Assembly (NCBI GenBank): GCA_947488275.1
Contig: CANKZX010000001.1
Location: forward strand, 447-64,446
DNA: 64,000 nucleotides
Reading direction: 5' to 3'
Origin: Alphaproteobacteria bacterium
Lineage (GTDB): Bacteria; Pseudomonadota; Alphaproteobacteria; Paracaedibacterales; CAIOTO01
The notes beneath the pieces were generated by a model, which was not told the origin of the DNA, did not search any database, and was given only the letters and a program-made list of their open reading frames with translations. This document shows, piece after piece, positions 50,315 through 59,488 of this stretch (positions are counted from its first letter, which is position 1; every line of letters begins with the position of its first letter). A program made the translations under genes and the position numbers.

Positions 50315-51454
50315 TTAGAAAGCTTTTGATACATAACTTAATACAACCTCTGCTGCCCGTTCGGAGGGCTTTTGTCCACCATCTGGTGTTAATAATAAAC
50401 GCACATCATCAAATAATTTATCCGATTGTGCATCAGGAGCGTAAGCACCATCATCCATCAACCTCAATACCTGTGCAATCCCTACTGTTAAGTCTTTAGG
50501 ATTACATGCCGTTTGTAAATATTCTGGCACCACTTTTTTCTTTAAAAGAATATTAATAAGACAAAATGATGACACATGCACTAAGCGTTTCACAATTTTA
50601 GCCGTCAACCACGACACACGATAGGCGATAACCATCGGTGTTTTTGCCATAGCCAATTCAAGCGATATCGTCCCACTTGCCGCCAAAGCAACATCACTTT
50701 GAATAAATGCCTGACGCTTTAAAATAGGGTCTGTTATAATAAGCGCCTCTGGAAGTGCTGCCTTAATAACCGATGTAAATTTTTCGAACGTCGGCACAAC
50801 AACACGCACATCGGACAATGCCTTCACTGTTTGCGCAAAAATAGCCAAATGACGTTTAACTTCACCACGACGGCTCCCTGGCAACAAGCAAATAATTTTT
50901 TTATTACAATCTGACCGTAAATCAATCAACGCCTGATTTGGCGTCCAATCCATCTCCACAACAGGATGCCCCACACAGGTTGTTTGAAGACCATGCACCT
51001 CAAAATACGGAGGCTCAAACGGAAACAAACACATCAAATGATCAATCCTCTTTGCCAACTTTGCCGCACGCCAGGGGCGCCAAGCCCACACAGGCGGCGC
51101 CACATAATGCACACACGGAATGTTCGTACGTGCCTTAACACCGTCTATAACACGATTACAAAAACCAGATGAATCAATCGTAACCAACACATCAGGTTGA
51201 AATGCGCAAATATCATCGATTGTCTTTTTGATAAGCTTTTTAACACGCCGAATATGGGGAATCAATTCAATAAGACCCATGACGGCAATTTCATCACAAT
51301 GAAAAAATAAATCAACGCCACGTTGACACATCAAATCCCCACCAATACCGCGCACGGATACATTGGGCTTTTTAACGAGCAAAGCATCACATAAACGACT
51401 TCCCAGAAAATCACCTGATGCTTCCCCTGCAATTACATAAATTTTTAATGTCAT
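50315..51454 (-). CDS. lpxB: Lipid-A-disaccharide synthase
   Basis: KIYVIAGEASGD, YVAPPVWAWR, LPGSRRGEV motifs. Confidence 0.95.
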   Translation of the reverse strand: MTLKIYVIAGEASGDFLGSRLCDALLVKKPNVSVRGIGGDLMCQRGVDLFFHCDEIAVMGLIELIPHIRRVKKLIKKTIDDICAFQPDVLVTIDSSGFCNRVIDGVKARTNIPCVHYVAPPVWAWRPWRAAKLAKRIDHLMCLFPFEPPYFEVHGLQTTCVGHPVVEMDWTPNQALIDLRSDCNKKIICLLPGSRRGEVKRHLAIFAQTVKALSDVRVVVPTFEKFTSVIKAALPEALIITDPILKRQAFIQSDVALAASGTISLELAMAKTPMVIAYRVSWLTAKIVKRLVHVSSFCLINILLKKKVVPEYLQTACNPKDLTVGIAQVLRLMDDGAYAPDAQSDKLFDDVRLLLTPDGGQKPSERAAEVVLSYVSKAF

Positions 51455-51527
51455 TCTCTGGAATTTGTTTTCAAAAATGTCTATTGAAGACTATACTCGC
51501 TTTGAACATATTTTTTAAGAGGTTTTA

Positions 51528-52250
51528 ATGCGTCCTGATCGCCGTCAATCAACTGAACTCCGCCCTGTTTTTTTAGGGCCAAGCTTTGTCAAGCATGCTG
51601 AAGGGTCATGCTTTGTTAAGTTTGGTGATACACATGTTATTTGCGCAGCCACTATAGAAGAAAAAGTCCCTCCATTTCTACGCAATACAGGCGCGGGTTG
51701 GATTACAGCTGAATATGGCATGCTGCCACGATCGACGCATGAACGTATTGAACGTGAAGCAGCACGCGGCAAACAAACGGGTCGCACGCAAGAAATTCAA
51801 CGCCTTATCGGTCGCGCCCTTCGTTCTATCGTTAATCTAAAAGGTCTTGGTGAACGGCAAATTCGAATTGACTGTGATGTTCTACAGGCTGATGGTGGCA
51901 CACGTGTTGCCAGCATTACAGGCGCTTATGTTGCCCTGCACCAGGCATTGCAGAAACTCGTTGATACAAAAAAAATAACAGCACTTCCTCTAACTGATCA
52001 TATTGCCGCTGTATCATGTGGCATTATTGACGGCGAAGCGCGTCTTGACCTTAATTATGCCGAGGATTCAACCGCACAAGTCGATGCAAATTTTGTGATT
52101 ACTGGCAGTGGAAAACTTGTTGAAATTCAAGCCGCCGCTGAAAAAGATCCTTTTAGTGAAGAAGAATTTGCCGCTATGCTCACCCTTGCAAAAACAGGTG
52201 TTGCTGATTTAATAAAGATGCAACGCCAGGTATTAAAGCTTGATAAATAA
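51528..52250 (+). CDS. rph: Ribonuclease PH
   Basis: [46 protein letters not shown]. Confidence 0.97.
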   Translation: MRPDRRQSTELRPVFLGPSFVKHAEGSCFVKFGDTHVICAATIEEKVPPFLRNTGAGWITAEYGMLPRSTHERIEREAARGKQTGRTQEIQRLIGRALRSIVNLKGLGERQIRIDCDVLQADGGTRVASITGAYVALHQALQKLVDTKKITALPLTDHIAAVSCGIIDGEARLDLNYAEDSTAQVDANFVITGSGKLVEIQAAAEKDPFSEEEFAAMLTLAKTGVADLIKMQRQVLKLDK

Positions 52251-52328
52251 GATCTAAGATCATCCTCTTTGGGGGATGATTATACAAAGATCTCAGTCAG
52301 TAATAACATTATTTTTTAGGTTCCCCTC

Positions 52329-52667
52329 ATGACAACAATCCCTCCCTGCCCCCAATGTAGCATGCCAAACACCTATCCTGATGGCGATTTATTCATATGT
52401 GCTGATTGTGGATATGAATGGTCTATGCAAACGACTGTTGAAACACCCGATAACGAAAACATTGTAAAAGATGCCAATGGCACTATTTTATCTGACGGTG
52501 ATTCTGTCGTTATTATTAAAGACCTTAAAGTCAAAGGATCGTCCACCACCCTTAAAGTCGGCACTAAAATTAAAAGTATTCGCCTTGTTGATGGCGATCA
52601 CGAAGTCGATTGCAAAACTGACCTTGGACAATTTATACTCAAAGCCTGTTTTCTAAGAAAAGCTTAA
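52329..52667 (+). CDS. yjdM: Zinc-ribbon protein YjdM (PhnA family)
   Basis: CPQC..CADC zinc ribbon + C-terminal LKVKGSS.TLKVGTKIK.IRL domain. Confidence 0.9.
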   Translation: MTTIPPCPQCSMPNTYPDGDLFICADCGYEWSMQTTVETPDNENIVKDANGTILSDGDSVVIIKDLKVKGSSTTLKVGTKIKSIRLVDGDHEVDCKTDLGQFILKACFLRKA

Positions 52668-52677
52668 TATTAATTAC

Positions 52678-53517
52678 ATGCCTCAAATCAAATCAATTTC
52701 TGTCAAACCTTATAACTCTGAATGGTTAAAACAATTTGATTATGAGGCACAGCTTATTCAAAGCCATCTCAATACACACGTTATTACCATTCATCACATT
52801 GGATCAACATCTGTCGCTGATTTAGCGGCAAAAGAAGATATTGATATATGTCTTGTCATTGATAATCTTAAAAACAGCTTAGCCTTAACAAACATAGGGT
52901 ATATTTTCAAAGGAGAAATCAACCTTCCTCTGCGGTATTTCTTTTCAAAAAATACACCCTTTTCAAAAGTCAATTTACACGTCGTTGAAGCTGATCACCA
53001 TTTTTTAACATTGAATCTTTGTTTTCGTGATTACTTAAAAACCAATGATGACGCCCGCCTTGCCTATCAACAGTTAAAAACAACGCTTGCCAACAATCCG
53101 TATAATTTTGAACGTATCGAAGGACGTTTTCCCCGTTACACCCTGGAAAAACATGCTTTTATTAACACGATACTTGACCAAGCAGGCTATGATAGTTTTG
53201 GTATCGCACGATGCACTCACTATCGTGAATGGGAAGCATACTACCGCATTCGAAATGGGCAAGCCACAGCACCTACCTCTATTCCTTGGGATCCTAATCA
53301 TCCATCAATCAAAGACCCAAACCATTTTCATTTTGTATTGCTACACGGTACAATCATAACAGCAATAGCACATGTTGACTATGGAGAGGCGCACAAAGCA
53401 ATGCTACGGGCGCTTTTCGTCGACACCCCTTTTATAGGTAAAGGTCATGACGACTATATGCTAGCCTTTTTAAAACGATGGGCGGCGCATCATAGACATG
53501 AAATATTTAAAAGCTAA
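52678..53517 (+). CDS. GrpB (UPF0157) domain protein with C-terminal GNAT-like extension
   Basis: HHIGSTSVADLAAKEDIDI GrpB motif; last about 100 aa resemble acetyltransferase core (HFVLLHG..I.A..HVD....AMLRALFVD..F.GKGHD). Confidence 0.7.
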   Translation: MPQIKSISVKPYNSEWLKQFDYEAQLIQSHLNTHVITIHHIGSTSVADLAAKEDIDICLVIDNLKNSLALTNIGYIFKGEINLPLRYFFSKNTPFSKVNLHVVEADHHFLTLNLCFRDYLKTNDDARLAYQQLKTTLANNPYNFERIEGRFPRYTLEKHAFINTILDQAGYDSFGIARCTHYREWEAYYRIRNGQATAPTSIPWDPNHPSIKDPNHFHFVLLHGTIITAIAHVDYGEAHKAMLRALFVDTPFIGKGHDDYMLAFLKRWAAHHRHEIFKS

Positions 53518-53581
53518 TAGTGAAATTCTCAGACAAAAAATGATCTTCATCATACATAATGATTACATCATTCAATTTATT

Positions 53582-54625
53582 TTATGAAACCAAGTTATCA
53601 CTCATTCCAAAACGACGTGCTTTCTCTATGGCTTTATGTAATTTTTCTCTTAAAATATCTTCAGATGGTAACTGTGTTAAATACTGTGCTACGTGTATGC
53701 CGCTCTGGTGAAGTTCGAGTAATTCGACTTGCTCATTATTTTTATCTGCGCATAAAATAATACCTAAAGGAGAATGTTCATCTTCTCTTCTTTCATTTTT
53801 ATCAAGCCACCTTAAATAAAGTTCCATTTGACCTTTATCCGCTGCTTGGAATTTCCCTAACTTTAGCTCTAACGCAATGATTCTTTTTAAACCACGATGA
53901 AAAAACAACAAATCTATATAATAATCGTCATTTCCAATGGAAATACGTTTCTGGCGTGCCATGAACGTAAAGTCGCCACCCAATTCAAGTAAAAACTTTT
54001 CTAAGTCACGCAAAATCGCTTGTTCTAAATCTTTTTCACTATACGTATCTTCAAGCTCTAAAAATTCTAATAAATAAGGATCACGCAAGACCAGATCAGG
54101 TGTTAACTTATTTGTTTCTCGCAAATCTTGTATTGCCTGTTTAATCGTTTCGTCTGGCTTTTTAGATATAGCTGTGCGCTCGAAAAGCATCCCTTGGATT
54201 TTACTGCGTAATGCTCGAACACTCCACCGTTCAATACGACAAAGCTCACTATAAAACTCCAACTTTGTAGTCGGTGCTAATGGAATTAACTCTACAAAAT
54301 GGCTCCAACCCAATTGTTGCGACAGTGTCGCAACAATTGATTCATCAGAAAAAACATTGTAAAAAGCAATCATGCGGGATAGAGAAAACTTGGTAAATCC
54401 CTTCCCATGTTCAGAACTCAATTCTTCTGCTAAATTCATTATTATATTGCTTCCATACTCTGCTCTATCATTTTTTAAGATTTCATTTTGAATACGTTTC
54501 CCAATATTCCAATACAACATCACAAGAGCTGAATTTGCTGTCATCACAACAACATTCTTGGCCTGGTGAATTAGATTTTTAATATCATTCAGCAAAACCA
54601 TATCCACAGTTTTTTCTATTGCCAC
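53582..54625 (-). CDS. PDDEXK nuclease-fold protein, YhcG/DUF1016 family
   Basis: N-terminal DUF1016 helical region (YWNIGKRI), C-terminal YYIDLLFFHRGLKRIIALELKLGKF nuclease core. Confidence 0.8.
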   Translation of the reverse strand: MAIEKTVDMVLLNDIKNLIHQAKNVVVMTANSALVMLYWNIGKRIQNEILKNDRAEYGSNIIMNLAEELSSEHGKGFTKFSLSRMIAFYNVFSDESIVATLSQQLGWSHFVELIPLAPTTKLEFYSELCRIERWSVRALRSKIQGMLFERTAISKKPDETIKQAIQDLRETNKLTPDLVLRDPYLLEFLELEDTYSEKDLEQAILRDLEKFLLELGGDFTFMARQKRISIGNDDYYIDLLFFHRGLKRIIALELKLGKFQAADKGQMELYLRWLDKNERREDEHSPLGIILCADKNNEQVELLELHQSGIHVAQYLTQLPSEDILREKLHKAIEKARRFGMSDNLVS

Positions 54626-54793
54626 TATTTTTCACTCCCAAAATCAGTATCATATTTTTTATTTACGTTAGGCATAATATTAAGTGCTGCACATATACGA
54701 TTAAATAAGGCATCATTGTCATTTTTATTGTAGACTAATTGAGCCCTTTGTTCACATGTAATACATTTTGTCTAGTTTTCTTCGTAATCCCTA

Positions 54794-56251
54794 CTAACAA
54801 TCCCCCACCAGCACCCGAACCAGCGCCGCTCCTTTTGTGATTGTTTCTTCGTATTCATCCAACGGATCAGAATCAGCCACAATACCGCCGCCCACATTAA
54901 ACCAAACCGTATCACCAGGCAAATCCCCCGTCATAACGATTGTCCGTATCAATATGTTCAAATCCATTGTCCCATCAAAACCGATATACCCCATTGATCC
55001 ACAATAAGGCCCTCTGGTCACAGGCTCCAATTCCGATATAATCTCCATCGCCCGAATTTTGGGTGCCCCCGTAATAGACCCCCCTGGGAAAGTTGCTTTC
55101 AGCACATCAAATGCATCCAACCCCTCACGTAGATCTGCCCTAACAACAGACACCAAATGATGCACGGTTTTATAGCTTTCAAGTGCACAAATTTCAGGTG
55201 TTTGAACAGAAAAAGGTTTCGCCACACGCGATAAATCATTACGCATCAAATCAACAATCATGATATTTTCTGCCCGATCTTTGACTGAATTACGTAATTC
55301 CTCCCCCATAAGAGCATCTTGCTGGGGCTCTGCCGATCGGCGCCGCGTTCCCTTAATCGGACGTGCTTCAATATGCCCATCTTTCATCGTTAAAAAACGC
55401 TCAGGTGATGATGATAAAAGTCCCTGCCCATTCATCCGCATATACCCTGAAAAGGGCGCTGGATTAATCGATCGCAACCGATGATAAAGCGCTAATGGAC
55501 GCATCGCCTCCGATAACGTGCCATAAAGACGACGCGTGATATTTGCCTGAAAAATATCGCCTGCATAAATATAATCAATGGCTGATTGAATGGCACCTTG
55601 GAAACTTTCGGATGTAAAATCACAGTTTAATCCATCTAAAGGTGCCTCTATCGGTGCATCAGGCAGTGACGTTTCCTGATACAGTGATAACGCATACGAA
55701 AGACGCGCCTCAGACATATCACCTTGTGTAATCACCCACGCTTTCCCCAACGCATGATCAAACGCATACACAATATCGTAAACACCAATATACATATCGG
55801 GCACTTCATGCACATCACATGCTGGATAGGGCACATCTTCCAGAAAATGGAGGAGTTCATAACCAAAGTAGCCCCCTAACCCTCCCCGCCATGGTGGCAA
55901 ATGCGCTAATTCAGAATTCTGTGGTCTTTTCATAGCGCGCCACAGCTGCTGCAAAACATCAAAAGGCTTATCGGTCTGCGGGACACCATCTATTGTTGTT
56001 ACCCCCTTAGAGGTTATTATTACCGACCGCGGGTCAAAACCAATAAAACTATAACGTTCCAGTGCCAAACACGATTCATTTATACCATTCCCGCCACATG
56101 AATCCAGAAATAGTAACCCCTCCTCCCTTTCTTTTGAAAGGGTTAGCACAACCGAAAACGGGTCAAGATAAGGCACTTCTTTGTATGCACACACACGTGA
56201 TTCAAAAGCAGCGAGCGATGATAATGGCATGACACCCTCATAAATAAACAC
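54794..56251 (-). CDS. pabB: Chorismate-utilising enzyme, probable aminodeoxychorismate synthase component I
   Basis: FPGGSITGAPK, PYCGSMGYIGFDG.MDLNILIRT; no trp genes nearby, folK in window. Confidence 0.65.
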   Translation of the reverse strand: MFIYEGVMPLSSLAAFESRVCAYKEVPYLDPFSVVLTLSKEREEGLLFLDSCGGNGINESCLALERYSFIGFDPRSVIITSKGVTTIDGVPQTDKPFDVLQQLWRAMKRPQNSELAHLPPWRGGLGGYFGYELLHFLEDVPYPACDVHEVPDMYIGVYDIVYAFDHALGKAWVITQGDMSEARLSYALSLYQETSLPDAPIEAPLDGLNCDFTSESFQGAIQSAIDYIYAGDIFQANITRRLYGTLSEAMRPLALYHRLRSINPAPFSGYMRMNGQGLLSSSPERFLTMKDGHIEARPIKGTRRRSAEPQQDALMGEELRNSVKDRAENIMIVDLMRNDLSRVAKPFSVQTPEICALESYKTVHHLVSVVRADLREGLDAFDVLKATFPGGSITGAPKIRAMEIISELEPVTRGPYCGSMGYIGFDGTMDLNILIRTIVMTGDLPGDTVWFNVGGGIVADSDPLDEYEETITKGAALVRVLVGDC

Positions 56252-56364
56252 TTACTGACTTCAGTTTACACAGCTTTTTCTTTTGCTCACCAATATTTTT
56301 TTCATATGATGCTTGCGTAATATCTTGACCTTCCAACTAAGTTCATGTACCTTTTCTTTGTTGG

Positions 56365-56441
56365 GGGCCTGTAGTTCAGTTGGTTAGAACCCTCCGCTCA
56401 TAACGGAGCTGTCGTAGGTTCGAGTCCTACCGGGCCCACCA
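56365..56441 (+). tRNA. tRNA with CAT anticodon (elongator Met, or lysidine-type Ile2), CCA encoded
   Basis: 77-nt cloverleaf folded by hand: acceptor GGGCCTG/CGGGCCC, D arm GTTC..GAAC, anticodon stem CTCCG/CGGAG with loop CTCATAA, T arm GTAGG-TTCGAGT-CCTAC, ACCA end. Confidence 0.9.
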
Positions 56442-56622
56442 ATTGTAAACCAGCCGACGCTATATATCAGATCAAGATGTATCGTTTGCCTTTTACTTAT
56501 AGACTCCTCCACCATTTTTTCATTACTATCTACATAGCCATACTTAATAATTCTCAACTGGCGATTTATACCGCACACGACGACTAAGGAACTATGCAAA
56601 ATAAATGACACGATTCAAACCC

Positions 56623-56727
56623 GCCGTCATCACGAGCTGCCACTGGCAACGTGGTGATCCAGGGCTATTTTTTTGGAAATGCCTGTTTTTCTGGATGGTC
56701 ACGCCCTTCGGGCTCACCATGACAAGG
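56623..56727 (-). repeat. Divergent short variant of the palindromic element
   Basis: CCGTCATCACGA..GTGGTGATCCAGGGCT..GGAAATGCCTGTTTTTCTGGAT..CACCATGACA conserved; both internal hairpins replaced by different self-complementary sequences. Confidence 0.7.
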
Positions 56728-56811
56728 AAGAAGAAAAGATAATCATGCTCCTTCTTTTTGCGCAAATCTTAAATGCTTTTTTTGATGATCATCATCTATC
56801 GGAGAACTTAT

Positions 56812-57429
56812 ATGTTTACACTACCCCCTTTACCTTATGCTAAAAATGCACTTGAACCCCACATCACAGCACACACATTATCATTTCACTACGACAAACA
56901 TCATCAAACGTATGTCACTAATTTAAATAATTTAATTGCAAATACTGATTTTGCTGAATTATCACTAGATGACATTATCCAAAAAACAGCACAATCACCC
57001 GCACATACCAGCATTTTTAATAATGCCGCACAGGTGTGGAATCACACATTTTATTGGGAAAGCATGACCCCTAACGGTGGTGGCGCACCTACAGGTGCGT
57101 TAAATGACGCGATTACACGGGACTTTGGCTCATTTGAAGCCTTCCGTGATACTTTTAAACAAGCGGCTCTGACGCAATTTGGCAGCGGCTGGGCATGGCT
57201 TGTTCTGACACAAGACAAAACACTCAAAATTGTAAAAACAAGCAATGCTGAATGCCCAACAACACTAAGCATGATTCCCCTTATAACGATTGATGTTTGG
57301 GAACATGCGTATTATCTGGATTTCCAAAACCGACGTGCAGATTACACAGATACATTCTTAGCAGCACTTATCAATTGGCGTTTTGCTGAATCCAATTTTG
57401 AAAAAGCACAAACTACAAAAGTAGCCTAA
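56812..57429 (+). CDS. sodB: Fe/Mn superoxide dismutase
   Basis: FTLPPLPYA..LEPHI...HH.KHH..YV, DVWEHAYYLD; RBS GGAGA before ATG 56812. Confidence 0.96.
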   Translation: MFTLPPLPYAKNALEPHITAHTLSFHYDKHHQTYVTNLNNLIANTDFAELSLDDIIQKTAQSPAHTSIFNNAAQVWNHTFYWESMTPNGGGAPTGALNDAITRDFGSFEAFRDTFKQAALTQFGSGWAWLVLTQDKTLKIVKTSNAECPTTLSMIPLITIDVWEHAYYLDFQNRRADYTDTFLAALINWRFAESNFEKAQTTKVA

Positions 57430-57888
57430 ATGATACTACCCATCATGATGATTGTTGTGTACAGCGTGTCAGTACTGACAGCACTCGCACTCGTTCATCA
57501 TGATTGGAAGCATCAAACAATTCCATTGTACACCTTAGGTATTTGGCTTTTTATAACACTTTGCCATGCGGTACATTGCACTTTTAGCACACACAACACG
57601 CTGCCAATAATCAATCATATTGGTTTTTCAAGTGATTCATGCCTAGCACTGACAGGCACAGCCATTCTCTTATGGGGGTATCAGTGGATTCGCGGAAAAG
57701 CAATGATTGGCACAGCCGACCTTATTATTTTAATATCTTTTTCTGCGTGGATTTCTGTTGAAAACGTACCACTGCTCCTACTCATTAGCGGGAGCGCCGC
57801 CCTTATACTAACGTATTATCTCAAACGGAAAACCGTCCCCTTTTTACCTGGTTTATTTCTTGCGTGGATTACCTCATTTTTACGTTGA
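57430..57888 (+). CDS. Polytopic membrane protein, possibly A24 prepilin-peptidase-like (CpaA/TadV)
   Basis: Five predicted TM segments; Asp-containing HHDWKHQTIP and IGTADLIIL at positions analogous to the A24 catalytic Asp motifs. Confidence 0.35.
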   Translation: MILPIMMIVVYSVSVLTALALVHHDWKHQTIPLYTLGIWLFITLCHAVHCTFSTHNTLPIINHIGFSSDSCLALTGTAILLWGYQWIRGKAMIGTADLIILISFSAWISVENVPLLLLISGSAALILTYYLKRKTVPFLPGLFLAWITSFLR

Positions 57889-58037
57889 GATGCACAATCA
57901 TGCATGCAAAAATGATTAAAATCAAAGATTTACATAGATAAATACACATAATATGATTATAATCGTAGTTAAGCTAATTGATGTGTTTAATCTAAAAAAT
58001 ACAAATAGACCTCAATAAAAACAACTAAGGAACTAAA

Positions 58038-59312
58038 ATGAGTTTGTTTATCAAACGATTACCAAAACCCAAAAGCGAAGTTTTCGCGACACTCGATATA
58101 GGAACAAGCAAAGTATGCTGTGCGATTGCACGTGCCGCTAGCAAGAAAAATCAGGATCAAGCATCCCTCAAAGTCACAGGGATTGGTTACCAGTTATCAA
58201 AAGGGCTTCGCGGTGGAAATATTATTGACCTAGAAGCGTTAGAAGATTCAATTTTAAATGCCGTTCACGCTGCTGAACAGACAGCCGCACAAAATATTAA
58301 CAGTGTTTATGTTGCTATTCCTGGACGCTGGGCGCAATCACACCGTGTAAAGGTAGAGATACAACTCTCTAATCATCCTGTGAATGAGTCACATCTTAAA
58401 CGTTTGTTATCCCTTAACAGAGATATCTCAATCCCTCAAGACCGTCAAATTATCCACATGCTCCCTATTGGTTATGAAGTTGATGATGTAAAAAGCATTC
58501 GAGACCCTCTTGGCATGATTGGACAACGCCTTGCTGTACTGCTCCATGTTATAACCGCACCAATTGGAATGATCCGTAATTTAACGTCTTGTGTTGGTCG
58601 TTGCCATCTTGATATCGCTGACTTTGTTGTATCACCCTATGCATCGGGGCTTTCAACACTCGTTGATGATGAAATGGAACTTGGTGTTACACTTATTGAT
58701 ATTGGCGCGGGGCAAACAAGCGTCTCCACATTTATCGAAGGCAATCTTTCAAGCATAACAACCATTCCTATTGGTGGCGCTAATATCACAAACGATATCG
58801 CACGTGGTCTTGCAGCACCATTGGCACAGGCCGAACGCCTTAAAACACTGTATGGAACACTCATTGCATCCTCATCCGATGACCGTGAAAGCATTATGGT
58901 AGCCCAAATGGGCGAATCACTGCATGACTATAGTCATCAAATTCCAAAAGGGTTACTTGTGCACATCATAAAATCACGTATTGAAGAAATATTTGAACTT
59001 ATCATCAATAAAGTTCAAACACATGAAATTGACCCACTTGCTTTTCAACGCATCGTCATCACAGGTGGCACCAGCCAACTACAAGGCATACGTGAAATGG
59101 CAACGCAATACTTTGGCAGACAGGTCAGACTAGGATCACCAAATGGTCTATCAGGGACAATTGATCTGATTCAAAGCCCTAGTTTTTCAACATGTGCAGG
59201 CTTATTGCAATACGCATTTCAAGATTTTGAAAGCAACCAATCCACCGCTTTATCCATGAACACGTCTTCTTTCTGGAAACGGATTAATGGATGGATCAAA
59301 CATAATTTTTAA
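58038..59312 (+). CDS. ftsA: Cell division protein FtsA
   Basis: LDIGTSKVCCAI, LIDIGAGQTSVS, ITGGTSQLQGI actin-fold motifs. Confidence 0.95.
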   Translation: MSLFIKRLPKPKSEVFATLDIGTSKVCCAIARAASKKNQDQASLKVTGIGYQLSKGLRGGNIIDLEALEDSILNAVHAAEQTAAQNINSVYVAIPGRWAQSHRVKVEIQLSNHPVNESHLKRLLSLNRDISIPQDRQIIHMLPIGYEVDDVKSIRDPLGMIGQRLAVLLHVITAPIGMIRNLTSCVGRCHLDIADFVVSPYASGLSTLVDDEMELGVTLIDIGAGQTSVSTFIEGNLSSITTIPIGGANITNDIARGLAAPLAQAERLKTLYGTLIASSSDDRESIMVAQMGESLHDYSHQIPKGLLVHIIKSRIEEIFELIINKVQTHEIDPLAFQRIVITGGTSQLQGIREMATQYFGRQVRLGSPNGLSGTIDLIQSPSFSTCAGLLQYAFQDFESNQSTALSMNTSSFWKRINGWIKHNF

Positions 59313-59488
59313 TAATGACCATAAATCAGCTCCTTTTTATTAAACTATTAGTAATTTCATGATACATTTATTATAATTATTCACTACATATATGTCATAT
59401 ATGGACGCATATATGACGAAAGAGTGGTGAGTAGTTACCATTCATTAGTGTAACATAGTTATAATATATAAGAATAAAAGGGATTTTA

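Noticed and set aside
52259-52280. Terminator after rph (ATCATCCTC-TTTG-GGGGATGAT)
   Set aside because: The stem is plausible, but it is not followed by a T-run, so it is too weak to annotate.
56384-56611. 75-aa minus-strand ORF
   Set aside because: It overlaps the hand-folded tRNA(CAT) and has no coding features.
58450-58458. Perfect DnaA box TTATCCACA
   Set aside because: It is a single occurrence inside the ftsA coding sequence and is not clustered, so it is probably chance.
59380-59440. Purine riboswitch upstream of the amidohydrolase/deaminase gene
   Set aside because: Only a simple AT hairpin is present (CATATAT-GGACGC-ATATATG). There is no three-way junction or conserved loop sequences.
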